64,000 nt of DNA from Candidatus Bathyarchaeota archaeon (GCA_963782525.1 CAWAKC010000003.1:320001-384000), one strand, 5' to 3'; shown: positions 30,998-42,085, numbered from the stretch's first letter. Made by a program: numbers and translations. The notes: generated from the sequence alone by a model not told the origin.

Positions 30998-31219
30998 ATG
31001 GGATGGACAATGTACGTTGTAAATATCAGCGGTGATTCCACGTTTATGTCTAACTCGGAAGTTGTTGCTTCACAAAGTCCCAGCCCAGTTACATCAGGTG
31101 GACCAACTCCAGCGCCAACTGTACCCGAGTTTACGGAATTAGTAATTTTGCCGTTGTTTGTATCTGCCCTGTTTGTAGCCGTGATTTTCAGGAATCGAAA
31201 ACAGCTAAAACAGGGTTAG
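30998..31219 (+). pseudogene. Orphan C-terminal fragment of a surface protein with PEF-CTERM-type sorting signal
   Basis: S/P/T linker + VPEF + TM + basic tail (PTPAPTVPEFTELVILPLFVSALFVAVIFRNRK); no signal peptide or globular domain. Confidence 0.6.
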
Positions 31220-31288
31220 TAAAAACTAAACGCTGATTTAGTTAATCCTTAAAGGGTTGTTTCTTTTCTTTTTCTTGAAGGAACTATT

Positions 31289-31798
31289 TTGAGCAACAAC
31301 AAACCCAAACCAGCGGAATCTTTCGGCGCTAAACTGGACAAAGCAAAAGACTATGCTGAAGTCTGGAAAATCGTGAAGGAAACAGCTGAGTTTGCTGTTG
31401 GGAAGCGGAGGGATAGTATGATGTTGTTTTTGGATGATTTGCCCCTACAACTGGGCGCTTACTACCCCCTTGGAACCAACAACATCGTGCTGAACCGCGC
31501 GCTCGTGGACATCGTTGAGGCATCGATGAAGGATAAGCCCACGGTCAACGCCTTAATCTACAACCTGCTACTCCACGAATATCTCCATGCCCTCGGCGAA
31601 ATGTCAGAAACGGGCGTTCGGCGGGAAGTGATTGAAGTTGCAAAGAAAAGCTTCGGAGAAACCCACATCGCTTCAGTTGTCGCCTGCAAATCGCCTTGGG
31701 TTCTGCTCAAAGATATTCCGCTCGGACCCTACAATGCGCCGAAACGTGTAATGGAGATTGTTCGGGATTTTGAGAAGTCGGGCAGGTACATAGTTTAG
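31289..31798 (+). CDS. Zincin-like metallopeptidase domain protein
   Basis: LGAYYP..TNNIVLNR and LLHEYLHALG (HExxH). Confidence 0.75.
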   Translation: MSNNKPKPAESFGAKLDKAKDYAEVWKIVKETAEFAVGKRRDSMMLFLDDLPLQLGAYYPLGTNNIVLNRALVDIVEASMKDKPTVNALIYNLLLHEYLHALGEMSETGVRREVIEVAKKSFGETHIASVVACKSPWVLLKDIPLGPYNAPKRVMEIVRDFEKSGRYIV

Positions 31799-31811
31799 GG
31801 TTTGTTGGGTT

Positions 31812-32456
31812 TTAGGGTTGGATGTTTCCGTTGAGTGGTGGGTTTGCGAAGGTATGTATTGTTGATTCGTGAATCCATGCGTCGGGGTTTTGGTATTTAA
31901 CTAATGGAGTGATTTTTCTGTGTATTTCTGTTTGTTTTAGTTCCAGAGAGTACATGATGTCAATGAGGGTTCCTCGGTGTTTTATTTTTTCTTCAATAAA
32001 TGTCTCAAATATTTTCTTAAAGGTTACAAAGTTGATCGTAGCAGACTTGGATAATTCTTCTGCTAACGTTTTTGGGGCGTTTGTTTGCAAGTAGTTTTTG
32101 TAAGCCTCGCCCATTGTATCTTCCAAGGTAATTAGTTGTTTTAGTATTTCACAAGAGAGTAAGTAATCTAAATTGTTGATTTTGGAGACTTTTTTAAACA
32201 GCATCGCAGTCTCTGCTGCTAATTCAGTTAGGTTTTTCTTGGTGCTTTTGTTTTCTATTTCTTCAGGATCAAAATAGTCGAGTACTGCTTGAATAATTTT
32301 TGAATTTTTTAAACTGTCATAGGCGAGACCTAAAACGTAACTGCTTTCTGGCGGGTTGATTTTTCTAGAAAGAGTTTCGTAAAGTCTAGAACTTTCGTTT
32401 TCAACGATGCTGCATTGTTTTAGATACTGGATGCTTTCCTGAACTTTATCGTTCAT
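31812..32456 (-). CDS. Hypothetical protein, possibly ferritin-like four-helix bundle
   Basis: E..S..LY, DS.K.S, LE....E.Y and EE..H spacing. Confidence 0.6.
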   Translation of the reverse strand: MNDKVQESIQYLKQCSIVENESSRLYETLSRKINPPESSYVLGLAYDSLKNSKIIQAVLDYFDPEEIENKSTKKNLTELAAETAMLFKKVSKINNLDYLLSCEILKQLITLEDTMGEAYKNYLQTNAPKTLAEELSKSATINFVTFKKIFETFIEEKIKHRGTLIDIMYSLELKQTEIHRKITPLVKYQNPDAWIHESTIHTFANPPLNGNIQP

Positions 32457-32643
32457 GGTTCGTCAAGGGCTTAGTTTATCGCAAATATTAATAAACATTA
32501 TTCTTTCGCTATTAAACAAAATAATTGTTCAACAATTAACAACAAAATTCAAGAAGAAAAGCACCAAAAACAGGTTTCAAAAAGAAAAAATTGACTACCG
32601 AACTAAATTATGAGGTAAATAGGGCTCTAAAACCCAATCTCTT

Positions 32644-34947
32644 CTAAAAGTCTGTTTTTTTCTCACTCATTTTTTGTGGAAGACGCACCGTAAATTTAGT
32701 TCCATTTTCCTCTTCGCTATCAAAACTGACACTGCCTCTTAACGCTTCCGCCATACGTTTAATCACAGCTAAACCAAAGCCCTGCCCCTTTGACTTTGTG
32801 GTGAACATCGGAGTGAACAATTTGTCTTTGACAGCGTCAGGTATCCCCACGCCTGTATCAGCGACGGTTATGACGATTTCGTCGGCTTTTTGGTTTTTGA
32901 AGGCGTGGATGGTTAGTTTGCCGCCGTTGGGCATTGCTTGAACGGCGTTGGTTACCAGGTTGTACATTATGCGGTTTATATATGCAGAATCAGCTAACAC
33001 TTTTCTAGCTTGGTCATCCACCTTAACGGTTACCTTAACATTCTCGGGTAACTTATTCTTAGCCAGCAACTCACGGAATAGCAGCTTTAAGTCAGCCTCC
33101 TCAAAGTGCGGTTTTAATGGTCGCGCAAAGTCTTGGAGGTCAGCTACGATTTTGTTGATGTAGTCAATGTTCTTTTCGATTTCATGGAGGCTTTCTAAAG
33201 CGTTCTGTTTTTCTGTGCTCTGAGGCATGTCTGCTAACTCTGTTTTTGTCAAGTAAACATCACCTGTGATGGCTTGCAAGGGGTTGCGGATGTCATGTCC
33301 CACCATACCGGCAGTTGCACCAATAGCCGCAAGCCGCTCTGAATCTCTCAGCTGTTTAGTCCGTTCTTCCACAAGTCTCTCCAAGTTTTTGTTGTTTTCC
33401 TCGAGTGCCTTTTCCGCTGTTACCTTTGATGTGTAATCGTCAACAAATGAAAATACTGAAGCCATTTTCCCGTTTGCATCAAGCAAAACAGAATTATACC
33501 ATGTGCAGTAAATCACTCGACCCTCTTTGGTTATGTTGCGGTTTGACGAGACAACCTTAGTCTCACCACTGGTAAGCTTGCCCATAGTTTTTTCTACTAT
33601 AGGAATATCCGGCTCGTAAATCATGTGAAGATCCATGATTGGTTTGCCTATGGTCTCTGAAGACGTCCATCCAAACATTTTTTCGGCCTCTCCAGCCCAG
33701 CGAGTAACTACAAAGTTGCGGTCCCACTCAACTACTGCGAGGGGAATGTTTTCAGCATGGAACTTCAAACGTTGCTCGCTCTCTCTAAATGCTTCTTCAG
33801 CTTTTTTCCGCTCTGTTATGTCTCGGAATATCAGGACAACACCTGTTGTTATGCCGTTTTTGTCTTTGATTGGTGCTCCACTATCGTCGATTGGAACTTC
33901 CGTGCCATCTTTTCTAATTAAGACAGTGTGGTTAGCCAATCCAACAACCAAGCCTTTCTCAAGCGCCTTGCTTACCGGGTTTTCAACCTCACTTCGGGTT
34001 TGCTCGTTAACAATATTGAAAATTTCTTTTACAGGTTTCTGCGATGCCTCACTATTTGTCCATCCTGTCAATTCTTCGGCTATGCCGTTCATGAATGTAA
34101 TTTTGCCCGCCAAATCAGTAGCTATGACACCGTCACCGATGCTTGCCAGTGTTGTTGACCAGCGCTGTTCGCTGGCTATCAGAGCGGATTGCGCTTGTTC
34201 TAAGTCAGTTTTGGATGCGGTTACTGTTTTCAGGTTAGCTGTCATCTGGTTGAAAGCACTTGATAGTTCAGTTATTTCGTTTTGGCCTTTGGTTTGTATT
34301 GTGTAATTGAGGTTTCCAGCTCCGATTGTGTTTATTCCGTTTTGGAGGGCTCCTACTGAGTTTAATGCTCTGCGAAAAACAATAAGATAGATTGATGCTA
34401 AGAAAGCGCCGAATGTTGCGACAAGTGAAATAATGAGTAAGGTATTTGTATCATTGATTTGGTGGGCTTGAGCATCTAATGAATGCGACAATTGGTAAGC
34501 GTCCGAGGTCAAAGCCAAACTTTGATTTGCCATGTTGCCCCATTTAATCTGAAATACTGGGTCTATTCTGACGCTTACACTTCGGGAAGCGCTTTGCAAG
34601 TAGGTAACTAGGTCATCGAATTGGGCATTAAGATTTTGCAGGTCTTGGCTAACTTTATTTGCGAGATTTTGCTGTTGCAGGTTGTTGGGTTCCAGTTTTG
34701 CCAAGTCGCTAGAGAGGTAAGTAATGTTGGCTTGCCATTGAGAACGCGATGTGTCGTTTTGGTATAGGTAGTAATCGATAGATACACTGTTTAAGATGCC
34801 TGCTCCTCGTTCGATGTTACTGGAGAGTGCCTCTTGGGAGTTAAGTTGAGTTACTTTCTGCTCTGTGGTTGCAACTGAGGCAGCGATAATAATAAGTATC
34901 AAACTGAAGACGACGATGCAAATCAAAAACTGGGATTTTATTTTCAT
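32644..34947 (-). CDS. Membrane sensor histidine kinase (2 TM, HAMP, two PAS, HisKA, HATPase)
   Basis: NEITELSSAFNQM, PAS motifs, GHDIRNPL H-box, NLVTNAVQAM, DTGVGIP, GQGFGL. Confidence 0.95.
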   Translation of the reverse strand: MKIKSQFLICIVVFSLILIIIAASVATTEQKVTQLNSQEALSSNIERGAGILNSVSIDYYLYQNDTSRSQWQANITYLSSDLAKLEPNNLQQQNLANKVSQDLQNLNAQFDDLVTYLQSASRSVSVRIDPVFQIKWGNMANQSLALTSDAYQLSHSLDAQAHQINDTNTLLIISLVATFGAFLASIYLIVFRRALNSVGALQNGINTIGAGNLNYTIQTKGQNEITELSSAFNQMTANLKTVTASKTDLEQAQSALIASEQRWSTTLASIGDGVIATDLAGKITFMNGIAEELTGWTNSEASQKPVKEIFNIVNEQTRSEVENPVSKALEKGLVVGLANHTVLIRKDGTEVPIDDSGAPIKDKNGITTGVVLIFRDITERKKAEEAFRESEQRLKFHAENIPLAVVEWDRNFVVTRWAGEAEKMFGWTSSETIGKPIMDLHMIYEPDIPIVEKTMGKLTSGETKVVSSNRNITKEGRVIYCTWYNSVLLDANGKMASVFSFVDDYTSKVTAEKALEENNKNLERLVEERTKQLRDSERLAAIGATAGMVGHDIRNPLQAITGDVYLTKTELADMPQSTEKQNALESLHEIEKNIDYINKIVADLQDFARPLKPHFEEADLKLLFRELLAKNKLPENVKVTVKVDDQARKVLADSAYINRIMYNLVTNAVQAMPNGGKLTIHAFKNQKADEIVITVADTGVGIPDAVKDKLFTPMFTTKSKGQGFGLAVIKRMAEALRGSVSFDSEEENGTKFTVRLPQKMSEKKTDF

Positions 34948-35158
34948 TTTATCTCACTGCTTAAACGCATTATGTCCACAGATTCGGGTTTACCATCAAT
35001 AAGCCCTCCGCTTATATATAATCTAAGGAAATTTTGGAAAAACAGGCAAATTCTTCACCAAACCATTATGGATTGCTTGGAGTAACGTAAGCTAAGATTT
35101 GGGTAAAGTATATAATTGCTGTTTAGTACTCTCCGTTAAAAGCAGGTGAAAAAGCCTA

Positions 35159-36241
35159 TTGGAACCACCCACTAAACCTAAGCTAACTTGGAAGACAGCG
35201 GTTTTTCCGTTAATTGGTTTAGTTGGCTTTTTCATATACATCTACTTTTACAAGGTGGATATTTTAGGCATCCTTGCAACGGCTCAAAACCTTGATCCGC
35301 TAGTTTATGGAGTAGCAATTGTGTTCGGTTTGCTGGAAGTGTTGTTCTTCACTGGATCATGGAAAGTTTTGACAAACTATTTACAAATCAAAATGACAAC
35401 AGCTAGAGCTTACCTCTACGTGTGGTATGGAATATACGTTGATACCATCGTTCCAGCCCAGTCCATAAGTGGAGAAGTCACTCGGACGTACCTGTGCACA
35501 AGAGACAAATGCGGTCCCTTCGGAAAAGTCGTAGCCTCACTATTTACACACAGACTTTTGGGTATGGCGTTAAACGTAATTGCCCTTATTGCGGGAATAG
35601 TTCTGTTAACTATTGGCGGAAAAGTTAACCCGTTAGTTTTCAACGCGCTTATTTTTGTAGCCGCAATAATTGTGGGAATCATCGTTTTAATGTTCGTTCT
35701 ATCTTTCAAGCAACAATGGACCCTAAAAATTATTGATTTTGCAACGCACGCTGTTTACAAAATCACTTTTGGAAGAGTAAACTTGACAAAAATTACAGGT
35801 CAAGCTGTCGAAGCTACACAACATTTTCATGAAGCAATGCAAGAGTTCAGGCATGCTCCAAAAGCCATAGCTGGCTCAGTATTTTTCCTAGTTGTTTCAT
35901 GGCTTTTCAGTTTAAGCATTCCATTCCTTGTTTTCCAATCGCTCGGTCACCCGGTTACATGGAGCATAATCATCGTTACTTCAGCCATCTTCTTAGCTGT
36001 TAAAGCAATTCCAATTGGAGTACCTTTTGAAGTCGGACTCCCCGAAGCCGTGATGACCACCCTCTATATTTCGATGGGTGTAGCCGGACCGTTAGCTGCT
36101 ACAGCTACAATTTTGGTGCGCGTTATAACTTTGTGGTTCCGTTTCTTCATCGGTTTCGGCGCTCAGCAATACCTTGAGTTAATTCCTGCGAAATCTAAAT
36201 CTGTGGAGACCGAAAAAACTAAAATCTCCCCCCAACTCTAA
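35159..36241 (+). CDS. Lysylphosphatidylglycerol synthase TM / flippase-like (UPF0104) protein
   Basis: VPAQSISGEVTR, PFEVGLPE, ILVRVITLWFRF; paralog of 26379. Confidence 0.85.
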   Translation: MEPPTKPKLTWKTAVFPLIGLVGFFIYIYFYKVDILGILATAQNLDPLVYGVAIVFGLLEVLFFTGSWKVLTNYLQIKMTTARAYLYVWYGIYVDTIVPAQSISGEVTRTYLCTRDKCGPFGKVVASLFTHRLLGMALNVIALIAGIVLLTIGGKVNPLVFNALIFVAAIIVGIIVLMFVLSFKQQWTLKIIDFATHAVYKITFGRVNLTKITGQAVEATQHFHEAMQEFRHAPKAIAGSVFFLVVSWLFSLSIPFLVFQSLGHPVTWSIIIVTSAIFLAVKAIPIGVPFEVGLPEAVMTTLYISMGVAGPLAATATILVRVITLWFRFFIGFGAQQYLELIPAKSKSVETEKTKISPQL

Positions 36242-36259
36242 TTATTTTAGACCTGCAAA

Positions 36260-36709
36260 ATGGAAGTAAAAATTGAAACTGCAACGATAAAACTTCTCGA
36301 TAAGCTCTATGAACTTGAAGAGGAATGCTTTGACCAAGAAGCCTTCAGCAAACGCCAAATAGCTTACTTACTTACAGATTATAATACCATCGCTTTAGTC
36401 GCCAAAGTGGACGGCGATATAGCAGGATTTATTATTGCTCAAGTGGAAGTTGAAGAAAACACCGAGTTTGGACATATAATAACCATTAATGTTCCACCCA
36501 AAATTCGGCGGCAGAAAATAGCTACAAACCTCCTTAAAGAAATAGAGACAATCCTAAAACAGAAAGGAATAACTGAATGTCGACTTGAAGTCCGCGAAGA
36601 CAACCATGCTGCCATCAAACTCTACAAAGCTTTAAGCTTTCAAACAGTGGGTAAACTAGAAAAATACTATGGCACAAAACATGGGTTGTACCTGAAAAAA
36701 ACTCTTTAG
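36260..36709 (+). CDS. rimI: RimI-like GNAT N-acetyltransferase
   Basis: GHIITINV...RRQKIA, LEVREDNHAAIKLY, LEKYY. Confidence 0.88.
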   Translation: MEVKIETATIKLLDKLYELEEECFDQEAFSKRQIAYLLTDYNTIALVAKVDGDIAGFIIAQVEVEENTEFGHIITINVPPKIRRQKIATNLLKEIETILKQKGITECRLEVREDNHAAIKLYKALSFQTVGKLEKYYGTKHGLYLKKTL

Positions 36710-36783
36710 AGGATCACTCGTTTCTTAAGAACCTTCCCTTTGCTTGGAACAAAAGTTTAAATGAATTGCTGTAGTTTGAAAGG

Positions 36784-37071
36784 TTGGTTGGGAGAGAAGA
36801 GATGGGAGAACACCGTGGAAGAAAATCAAACGAGCAGACCCTTGTCCAAACTATAGTTGTTTTGGCACGGAACACTACTTGGCGATGTGGAAAACTTGAA
36901 AAATCCATCGTTAAACATCTCTACAAACGCTATGAAAACTTTGGCAAGCCTGGCGTCTCTATTAAGGACATAATGCTCAACTTAAACATAACCGGCGAGA
37001 AAAAAGACGAATGTCTCGATGCCCTGCGAAGGCTCGAGAAAAGAAACATTGTGAAGATAATGCCGATTTAA
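36784..37071 (+). CDS. Hypothetical basic protein, possible winged helix
   Basis: C-terminal ...DALRRLEKRNIVKI wHTH-like ending. Confidence 0.6.
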   Translation: MVGREEMGEHRGRKSNEQTLVQTIVVLARNTTWRCGKLEKSIVKHLYKRYENFGKPGVSIKDIMLNLNITGEKKDECLDALRRLEKRNIVKIMPI

Positions 37072-37141
37072 TTTCCCTTCTTTTGTACTTTATTTAATTA
37101 GAAAAATCCAAAATTTTTGAGTTAATTCTCAAAGAAAGGAA

Positions 37142-38530
37142 TTATTTTAATAGTTCACTTTCGCTTGGGGGCTGCTTAATCAAACCATGCTTCATAAGCA
37201 ACTCAGTAGATTCTCTGGCGTTCCTAATTATGGCTGACGCACGCTCAAACAAATCTTGCCGGCTGGGCTTAACACGTGCAACGCCCTGCTCAATAGATTT
37301 CAACGCACATGCAACAGCTTCTCTAGGAAAAACTTCCCATTCATCCATCCTTGGCAAAATGTCTTTTTCACTCATACCTCGCTCTTCAGCAAAATTCGCA
37401 AGTTCCGTTGCAGCCGCAATGCACATGTCATCAGTAATCGTTTTGGCTTTCACGTCTAGTACACCGCGGAAAATCCCTGGAAACCCAAGACTGTTGTTGA
37501 CTTGGTTTGGGAAGTCACTTCTGCCGGTCGCAACAATTCGTGCGCCCGCGTCTTGAGCATCCCAGGGCCAAATTTCAGGGATTGGGTTGGCACAGGCAAA
37601 GATGATGGCGTCGGTTGCCATGGTTTTTATCCATTCTTTTTTTATGGTGTTTGGACCCGGCTTTGAAGCGGCAACCACTGCATCTACACCCTTGAATGCA
37701 TCAGCAAGGTCGCCAGTTCTGCCTTCGCCGTTAGTTTTTTGGGTAACATCGTATTTCCAGGGGTCTTCAGCTTCCGTGATGTCTGCTCTACCCTTGTAGA
37801 TTACGCCCTTGCTGTCAGCAAGAATAATGTTTCCTGGTTTAACGCCCCACTTCATAAGCACATAAGCGGTTCTGATGTTGGCGGCGCCAGAACCAACCAG
37901 CGTTATTAGGCTTTCTTTTGGTTTTTTACCCACGATCTTAAATGCGTTAATCAGTCCTGCCAAAATTACAGTTGCCGTTCCCTGCTGGTCGTCATGCCAA
38001 ACAGGCACCTGCATCTGCTCTCGAGTTTTCTCTAGAATATGGAAGCACTTAGGTTTCTCTATGTCTTCAAGATTTATACCGCCAAAAGATGGCTCCAACG
38101 CTTTGCAAATTTTGACAATTTCGTCTGGGTCTTTGGTTCGCAGGCAAATGGGAAAAGCATCGACGCCGCCAAGGTACTTGAAGATAAGTGCTTTGCCCTC
38201 CATAACTGGCAATGCAGCTTCGGGACCGATGTCTCCTAAACCTAAAACGCGCGTCCCATCTGTAACCACGGCAACGTAGTTCCAACGGTTAGTTAATTCA
38301 AATGATTTGTCGGGGTCTGCTTGGATTTCTCTACATGGTGCTGCAACACCTGGAGTGTACCAGATAGCAAAATCATCCACACTACGTACAGCACATTTAG
38401 GGATAACCTGCATTTTTCCCTCGTAGAACCGGTGCATCGCTGGAGAGAGTTGCGCCGGTTTTTTGGCTTTTGCAAGCAATTCTTCAACTGTGGGTTTTAC
38501 TTCAGTTTTGGGGGCAACCATCCAAGACAC
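37142..38530 (-). CDS. mae: NAD(P)-dependent malic enzyme
   Basis: YTPGVA, DGTRVLGLGDIG, GGINLEDI, HDDQQGT, ANPIPEI, TGRSDFPNQVNN. Confidence 0.96.
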   Translation of the reverse strand: MSWMVAPKTEVKPTVEELLAKAKKPAQLSPAMHRFYEGKMQVIPKCAVRSVDDFAIWYTPGVAAPCREIQADPDKSFELTNRWNYVAVVTDGTRVLGLGDIGPEAALPVMEGKALIFKYLGGVDAFPICLRTKDPDEIVKICKALEPSFGGINLEDIEKPKCFHILEKTREQMQVPVWHDDQQGTATVILAGLINAFKIVGKKPKESLITLVGSGAANIRTAYVLMKWGVKPGNIILADSKGVIYKGRADITEAEDPWKYDVTQKTNGEGRTGDLADAFKGVDAVVAASKPGPNTIKKEWIKTMATDAIIFACANPIPEIWPWDAQDAGARIVATGRSDFPNQVNNSLGFPGIFRGVLDVKAKTITDDMCIAAATELANFAEERGMSEKDILPRMDEWEVFPREAVACALKSIEQGVARVKPSRQDLFERASAIIRNARESTELLMKHGLIKQPPSESELLK

Positions 38531-38681
38531 TCCTGTTCAACGGTGAAAAACACTGCAGAAGATTTAAAGTTTCCATTAAACAAGCAATCGAGAATTATGT
38601 TAACGTTTACTTACTTTCGTTAAATGGATGTACCCAAATAAAAAAATAAAAAAAGAAAATGATGGTTGGTTTGACTGTGTT

Positions 38682-41255
38682 TTATGCTCGTTTTCTGAGT
38701 ATCAACATAGCTAGCACAATTGCCACCACAATGATGGTGACTATTATGCCAAGTGCAGAGTAAAGGATGTATGTGTCAGTCATTGGTGCCGGGGCTGTAG
38801 TTGTTGGTGTTGCTGTAGGGGCTGCTACGCTTACTTCAATGTGGGTTTCAGTGTATGAATCAAAGTACGAGTTGGTGCCTGGGAACGTCGCTGTTATAGT
38901 GTATGCTCCTGAAACTGGAGGTGCCCATGCGATGCTGTAGCTGCCCATGCTGTCGCTGGTTACGTTACCCATGTTTTCGATGTTGCCATTGGGGTCTAAG
39001 GCTGTTAACATTACTGGGACCCCGGTTGCGTTTGTCGGCTTTGGTTTTTGCATGTAAGTGTAATCCATCCATGCGCCCATGTTTGCGTCAGATATTGCCG
39101 GTGAACCTAAGCTGTTTGGCGATATGGCTTTTGTCTGGGTTGTTACACCTGGAGATTGATCGGTGACTGTTCCCTGAATCATGATGCGTGCACCTTGTTG
39201 CAGAATTTCTGGTGTTGCTGTGAGTGTGGTCGCAGTTTGTCCTTTGCCCACACAATATAGTTGTCCATCATAGCCGTTGATGTAGACCATATATCCGTCT
39301 GCGACTGCAAAGCTTCCTCCTATGCCGCCTGATCCTCCGCCTCCTTGTCCATCCATAGTCCATAATTCTTGTCCTGTGTTTGCGTCGATTGCTCGGATAA
39401 GCATGCCTGGGTAAAGTGGGTTGTTGAAGGAGTGTTCAGAGGAGAAGAGATATATTTTGCTGTCTGCGATGGCACCGATGCCCAATGTGTAGTGTCCATA
39501 AGCTGTTGCGAGGCCACTGTTTGTGCTGTTGCCTGCTCCGCCGTTGCCGTATGTCCATTTTAGTTGTCCTGTTGCACTATCGTAGCAGAATACTGTGCCT
39601 TGGTAACCTGTGGAGTAGAAGTTTCCGTATGCGGTTTGGTAGGTGATTAATCCGCCGTACTGTGTTGTATCGCTGTAATATGCCCATGGTCCTTCAGATA
39701 CCGTTGGTCCCCAGAGTTGTGTTCCGTTTGTGAGGCTGTAGCCGATCCATTGACCTGTCTCTTTGAGGTTCATGATGAAGACGCCTGCGTTGGGGTCGAT
39801 GGGTCCTTGGGTTTGAGTTTCGTTGTTTGCTGGGGGATTGTAGCTTTGTTGCCATAGTAATGTGCCGAAGTTGCTTGCTTTTAGACTGATTGCCCACATA
39901 GTAAATGGAGCTGAAGAGCCTATGCCTGGCAATGTTCCGCTTCTGCCAAGAACTAAATCAGGTGTAACTGCAACAATGGTTGATCCTGAAGGCAACGTAG
40001 GTATTGAGATGTTCCACGAATAAGCTGTGCTCATGCTTACGACTTTGCCGACTGGTCTCCACTCTAAAGCACCAGCGCTCGTAGTATCAGATGGTCCTGT
40101 TGAAGCCGTTAATGCCAAGGCTGCCGTGTTGTTCCACATTTGGAGGTATTGTCCGGTGGTTCCAACGTAGTATTTGTCGATGTCACCGTTTGGTCCGATT
40201 GCTATGGTTCCGCCTGAGGGAACGTTGGTTTCGTTGAACAACCAAGCGCCAGTCATTGGGTCATATGCTGACCAGGTTGTGCCAGATGTTGCCCATAAGT
40301 AGCCATTGTTTATGATTCCGTGTTGGTTGAGGGATTCATAGTCGAAGAGTTGACCAAAAGCGATTGTGATGTTTTGCCACCAGATTTGCTGTCCAGTTTG
40401 CAGGTCGAGACAGACTTCACCGCCCCCTGTCGGATTGTTGCTGAGAGGTAATGCCTCGTAGAGGAAGCCGTTAATTATAATGGGTGTAGCTGCTTTCAGC
40501 TCGTAGTATGAGCCTGTGTAGTATGTCATAGCAGGGTCTATGGCGTTGGGGCTGCCGACTAATCCACCGAATTGAATGGGTTTAGTCCAGACTACGTGTG
40601 GGCTATTTGGTGCTATGCCTGTAGGTTGGAAATGGTTGCTCACCAAGGATCCAACTAACCAGTTTGATGCAATCGTGTACCAATTTGAGTTTTGTCCTTC
40701 TATGGGACGTTGCCAATAGTCAGTTGGAAGCGGATAGACTGGAGGTGAAGCAATCGACTCTGACTGTACGTTAAGCGTTACTGCATTGCTGATGCTGGGT
40801 TCATAATAGTCGCCGACGTAGAGGCTGGAGGTGCCGTTGAGGCCTGTTGGACCAGCAAGGGTTGCAATTTGCCCAGGGAAACTGAATTGGAATGTGTAGT
40901 TGCCTGTTGCTGCTGGAGTGTAAGTTATGTAACCGCTGCTAATTGGGTCAGCAGTGATTGGCCCTTGTGTCGTGTTGGTTCCATCAGGTGCTGTTATGGT
41001 GACGGTGTAGTTTTGGAATCTCATTCCAGCGATGCCTGCGGCTGTTGGGGCGATTTGGTTAAGCCAAAAGACCACAATTACAGGTTGGCCCACACCAACT
41101 GGGTTGGGTGCAACGTTGAGGTATGCATAGGTAGGAATGTTCCATTGAGGCGTATGAGCACTAGTATTTGGGATCATTGTGGCTGCAGATGTCATTGAAA
41201 TTATGAATAATATCGTAATCAAAATTGCTGATATTTTATTTTTTGAGGTTTTCAT
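38682..41255 (-). CDS. Secreted PQQ-type beta-propeller repeat surface protein with C-terminal TM anchor (paralog 1)
   Basis: Signal peptide, repeated TG...W blades, WMDYTYMQKPKPTNATGVPV, T/P linker, TM + RKR tail. Confidence 0.88.
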   Translation of the reverse strand: MKTSKNKISAILITILFIISMTSAATMIPNTSAHTPQWNIPTYAYLNVAPNPVGVGQPVIVVFWLNQIAPTAAGIAGMRFQNYTVTITAPDGTNTTQGPITADPISSGYITYTPAATGNYTFQFSFPGQIATLAGPTGLNGTSSLYVGDYYEPSISNAVTLNVQSESIASPPVYPLPTDYWQRPIEGQNSNWYTIASNWLVGSLVSNHFQPTGIAPNSPHVVWTKPIQFGGLVGSPNAIDPAMTYYTGSYYELKAATPIIINGFLYEALPLSNNPTGGGEVCLDLQTGQQIWWQNITIAFGQLFDYESLNQHGIINNGYLWATSGTTWSAYDPMTGAWLFNETNVPSGGTIAIGPNGDIDKYYVGTTGQYLQMWNNTAALALTASTGPSDTTSAGALEWRPVGKVVSMSTAYSWNISIPTLPSGSTIVAVTPDLVLGRSGTLPGIGSSAPFTMWAISLKASNFGTLLWQQSYNPPANNETQTQGPIDPNAGVFIMNLKETGQWIGYSLTNGTQLWGPTVSEGPWAYYSDTTQYGGLITYQTAYGNFYSTGYQGTVFCYDSATGQLKWTYGNGGAGNSTNSGLATAYGHYTLGIGAIADSKIYLFSSEHSFNNPLYPGMLIRAIDANTGQELWTMDGQGGGGSGGIGGSFAVADGYMVYINGYDGQLYCVGKGQTATTLTATPEILQQGARIMIQGTVTDQSPGVTTQTKAISPNSLGSPAISDANMGAWMDYTYMQKPKPTNATGVPVMLTALDPNGNIENMGNVTSDSMGSYSIAWAPPVSGAYTITATFPGTNSYFDSYTETHIEVSVAAPTATPTTTAPAPMTDTYILYSALGIIVTIIVVAIVLAMLILRKRA

Positions 41256-41493
41256 TTTATTTTTTCCTTTATTTTTTAACGAAAACGCTAAGAGATATAA
41301 CCATTCTAACGATTATAAGAAAAAGCGCTCCCGCCTACCCCACTAACCAATAGGTTTTATTTAATTATATACCCAAATTGGTAAAATGCAAAGATACGAT
41401 GGTATAAAGGTGCAATTGGGGCACTCGACAAAATCTATCTTTGATACAAGCCTTTTACGCAAACCACCAGGCATTGCAAACCTGGAATAATCA

Positions 41494-41660
41494 ACTCTTA
41501 GAAGAAGAAAAACGGCTAAATTCCTACAGAAAAGCTGTCCTTCTTCTTTCAATAATAGTAGAGCGCTCTGTTTTGGCTAGCACTTCTTCTAATAGTCATC
41601 AGATTACCTATCTGGTGTTTAACGGTGGGAATCTGGTTTAGACTTCTTTTTCTTCTTAAT
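41494..41660. repeat. Cluster of GAA/TTC palindromic intergenic elements
   Basis: ACTCTTAGAAGAAGAAAAACGGCTAAATTCCTAC...CTTCTTCTTTCAATA; near copy at 43199-43258. Confidence 0.75.
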
Positions 41661-41879
41661 TTGGAGGTTCAAGAGAGCTCAAACGAGGAAAACAACACTG
41701 TTTAGTCTGGCAGCATCAGCCGAAATGTAATGTCGGGCATAATGTTCTCCGCAACTGGCGAAAAAAGCCACTGGTACGCAGAACAAAGAAAATCCCTCAC
41801 TACCCTACTTGGTTGAAAAACAAGCAAACGCCAAAATTGACCCGGCATGCAGACCACAACAAAGAAGTGACGTTTTAAT

Positions 41880-41905
41880 TGGTGCGAGGGTGGAACTTGA
41901 ACCCG
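41880..41905 (-). other. Degenerate tRNA 3' fragment (T-arm + acceptor + CCA), att-like scar
   Basis: Minus strand CGGGTTCAAGTTCCACCCTCGCACCA; no 5' half visible. Confidence 0.45.
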
Positions 41906-42085
41906 TCCCCAGTGGAGACATCACCCGAAGACTCAACTATTAATCGTTTTTTTGGATAGTTAGATATACCAATTTTAAAACAAGCAAATCTTCTAATAAT
42001 TACGTTGCTTTTGGGAGGACAATAAGAAACGGAAACTGAAGCAGAGCACTTATTACTGGGTTAAACTTGGTTACTAACGAAAATA

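Noticed and set aside
31289-31798. HExxH peptidase as activator of the gasdermin-like protein
   Set aside because: It lies 22 kb away in housekeeping context with no linkage evidence.
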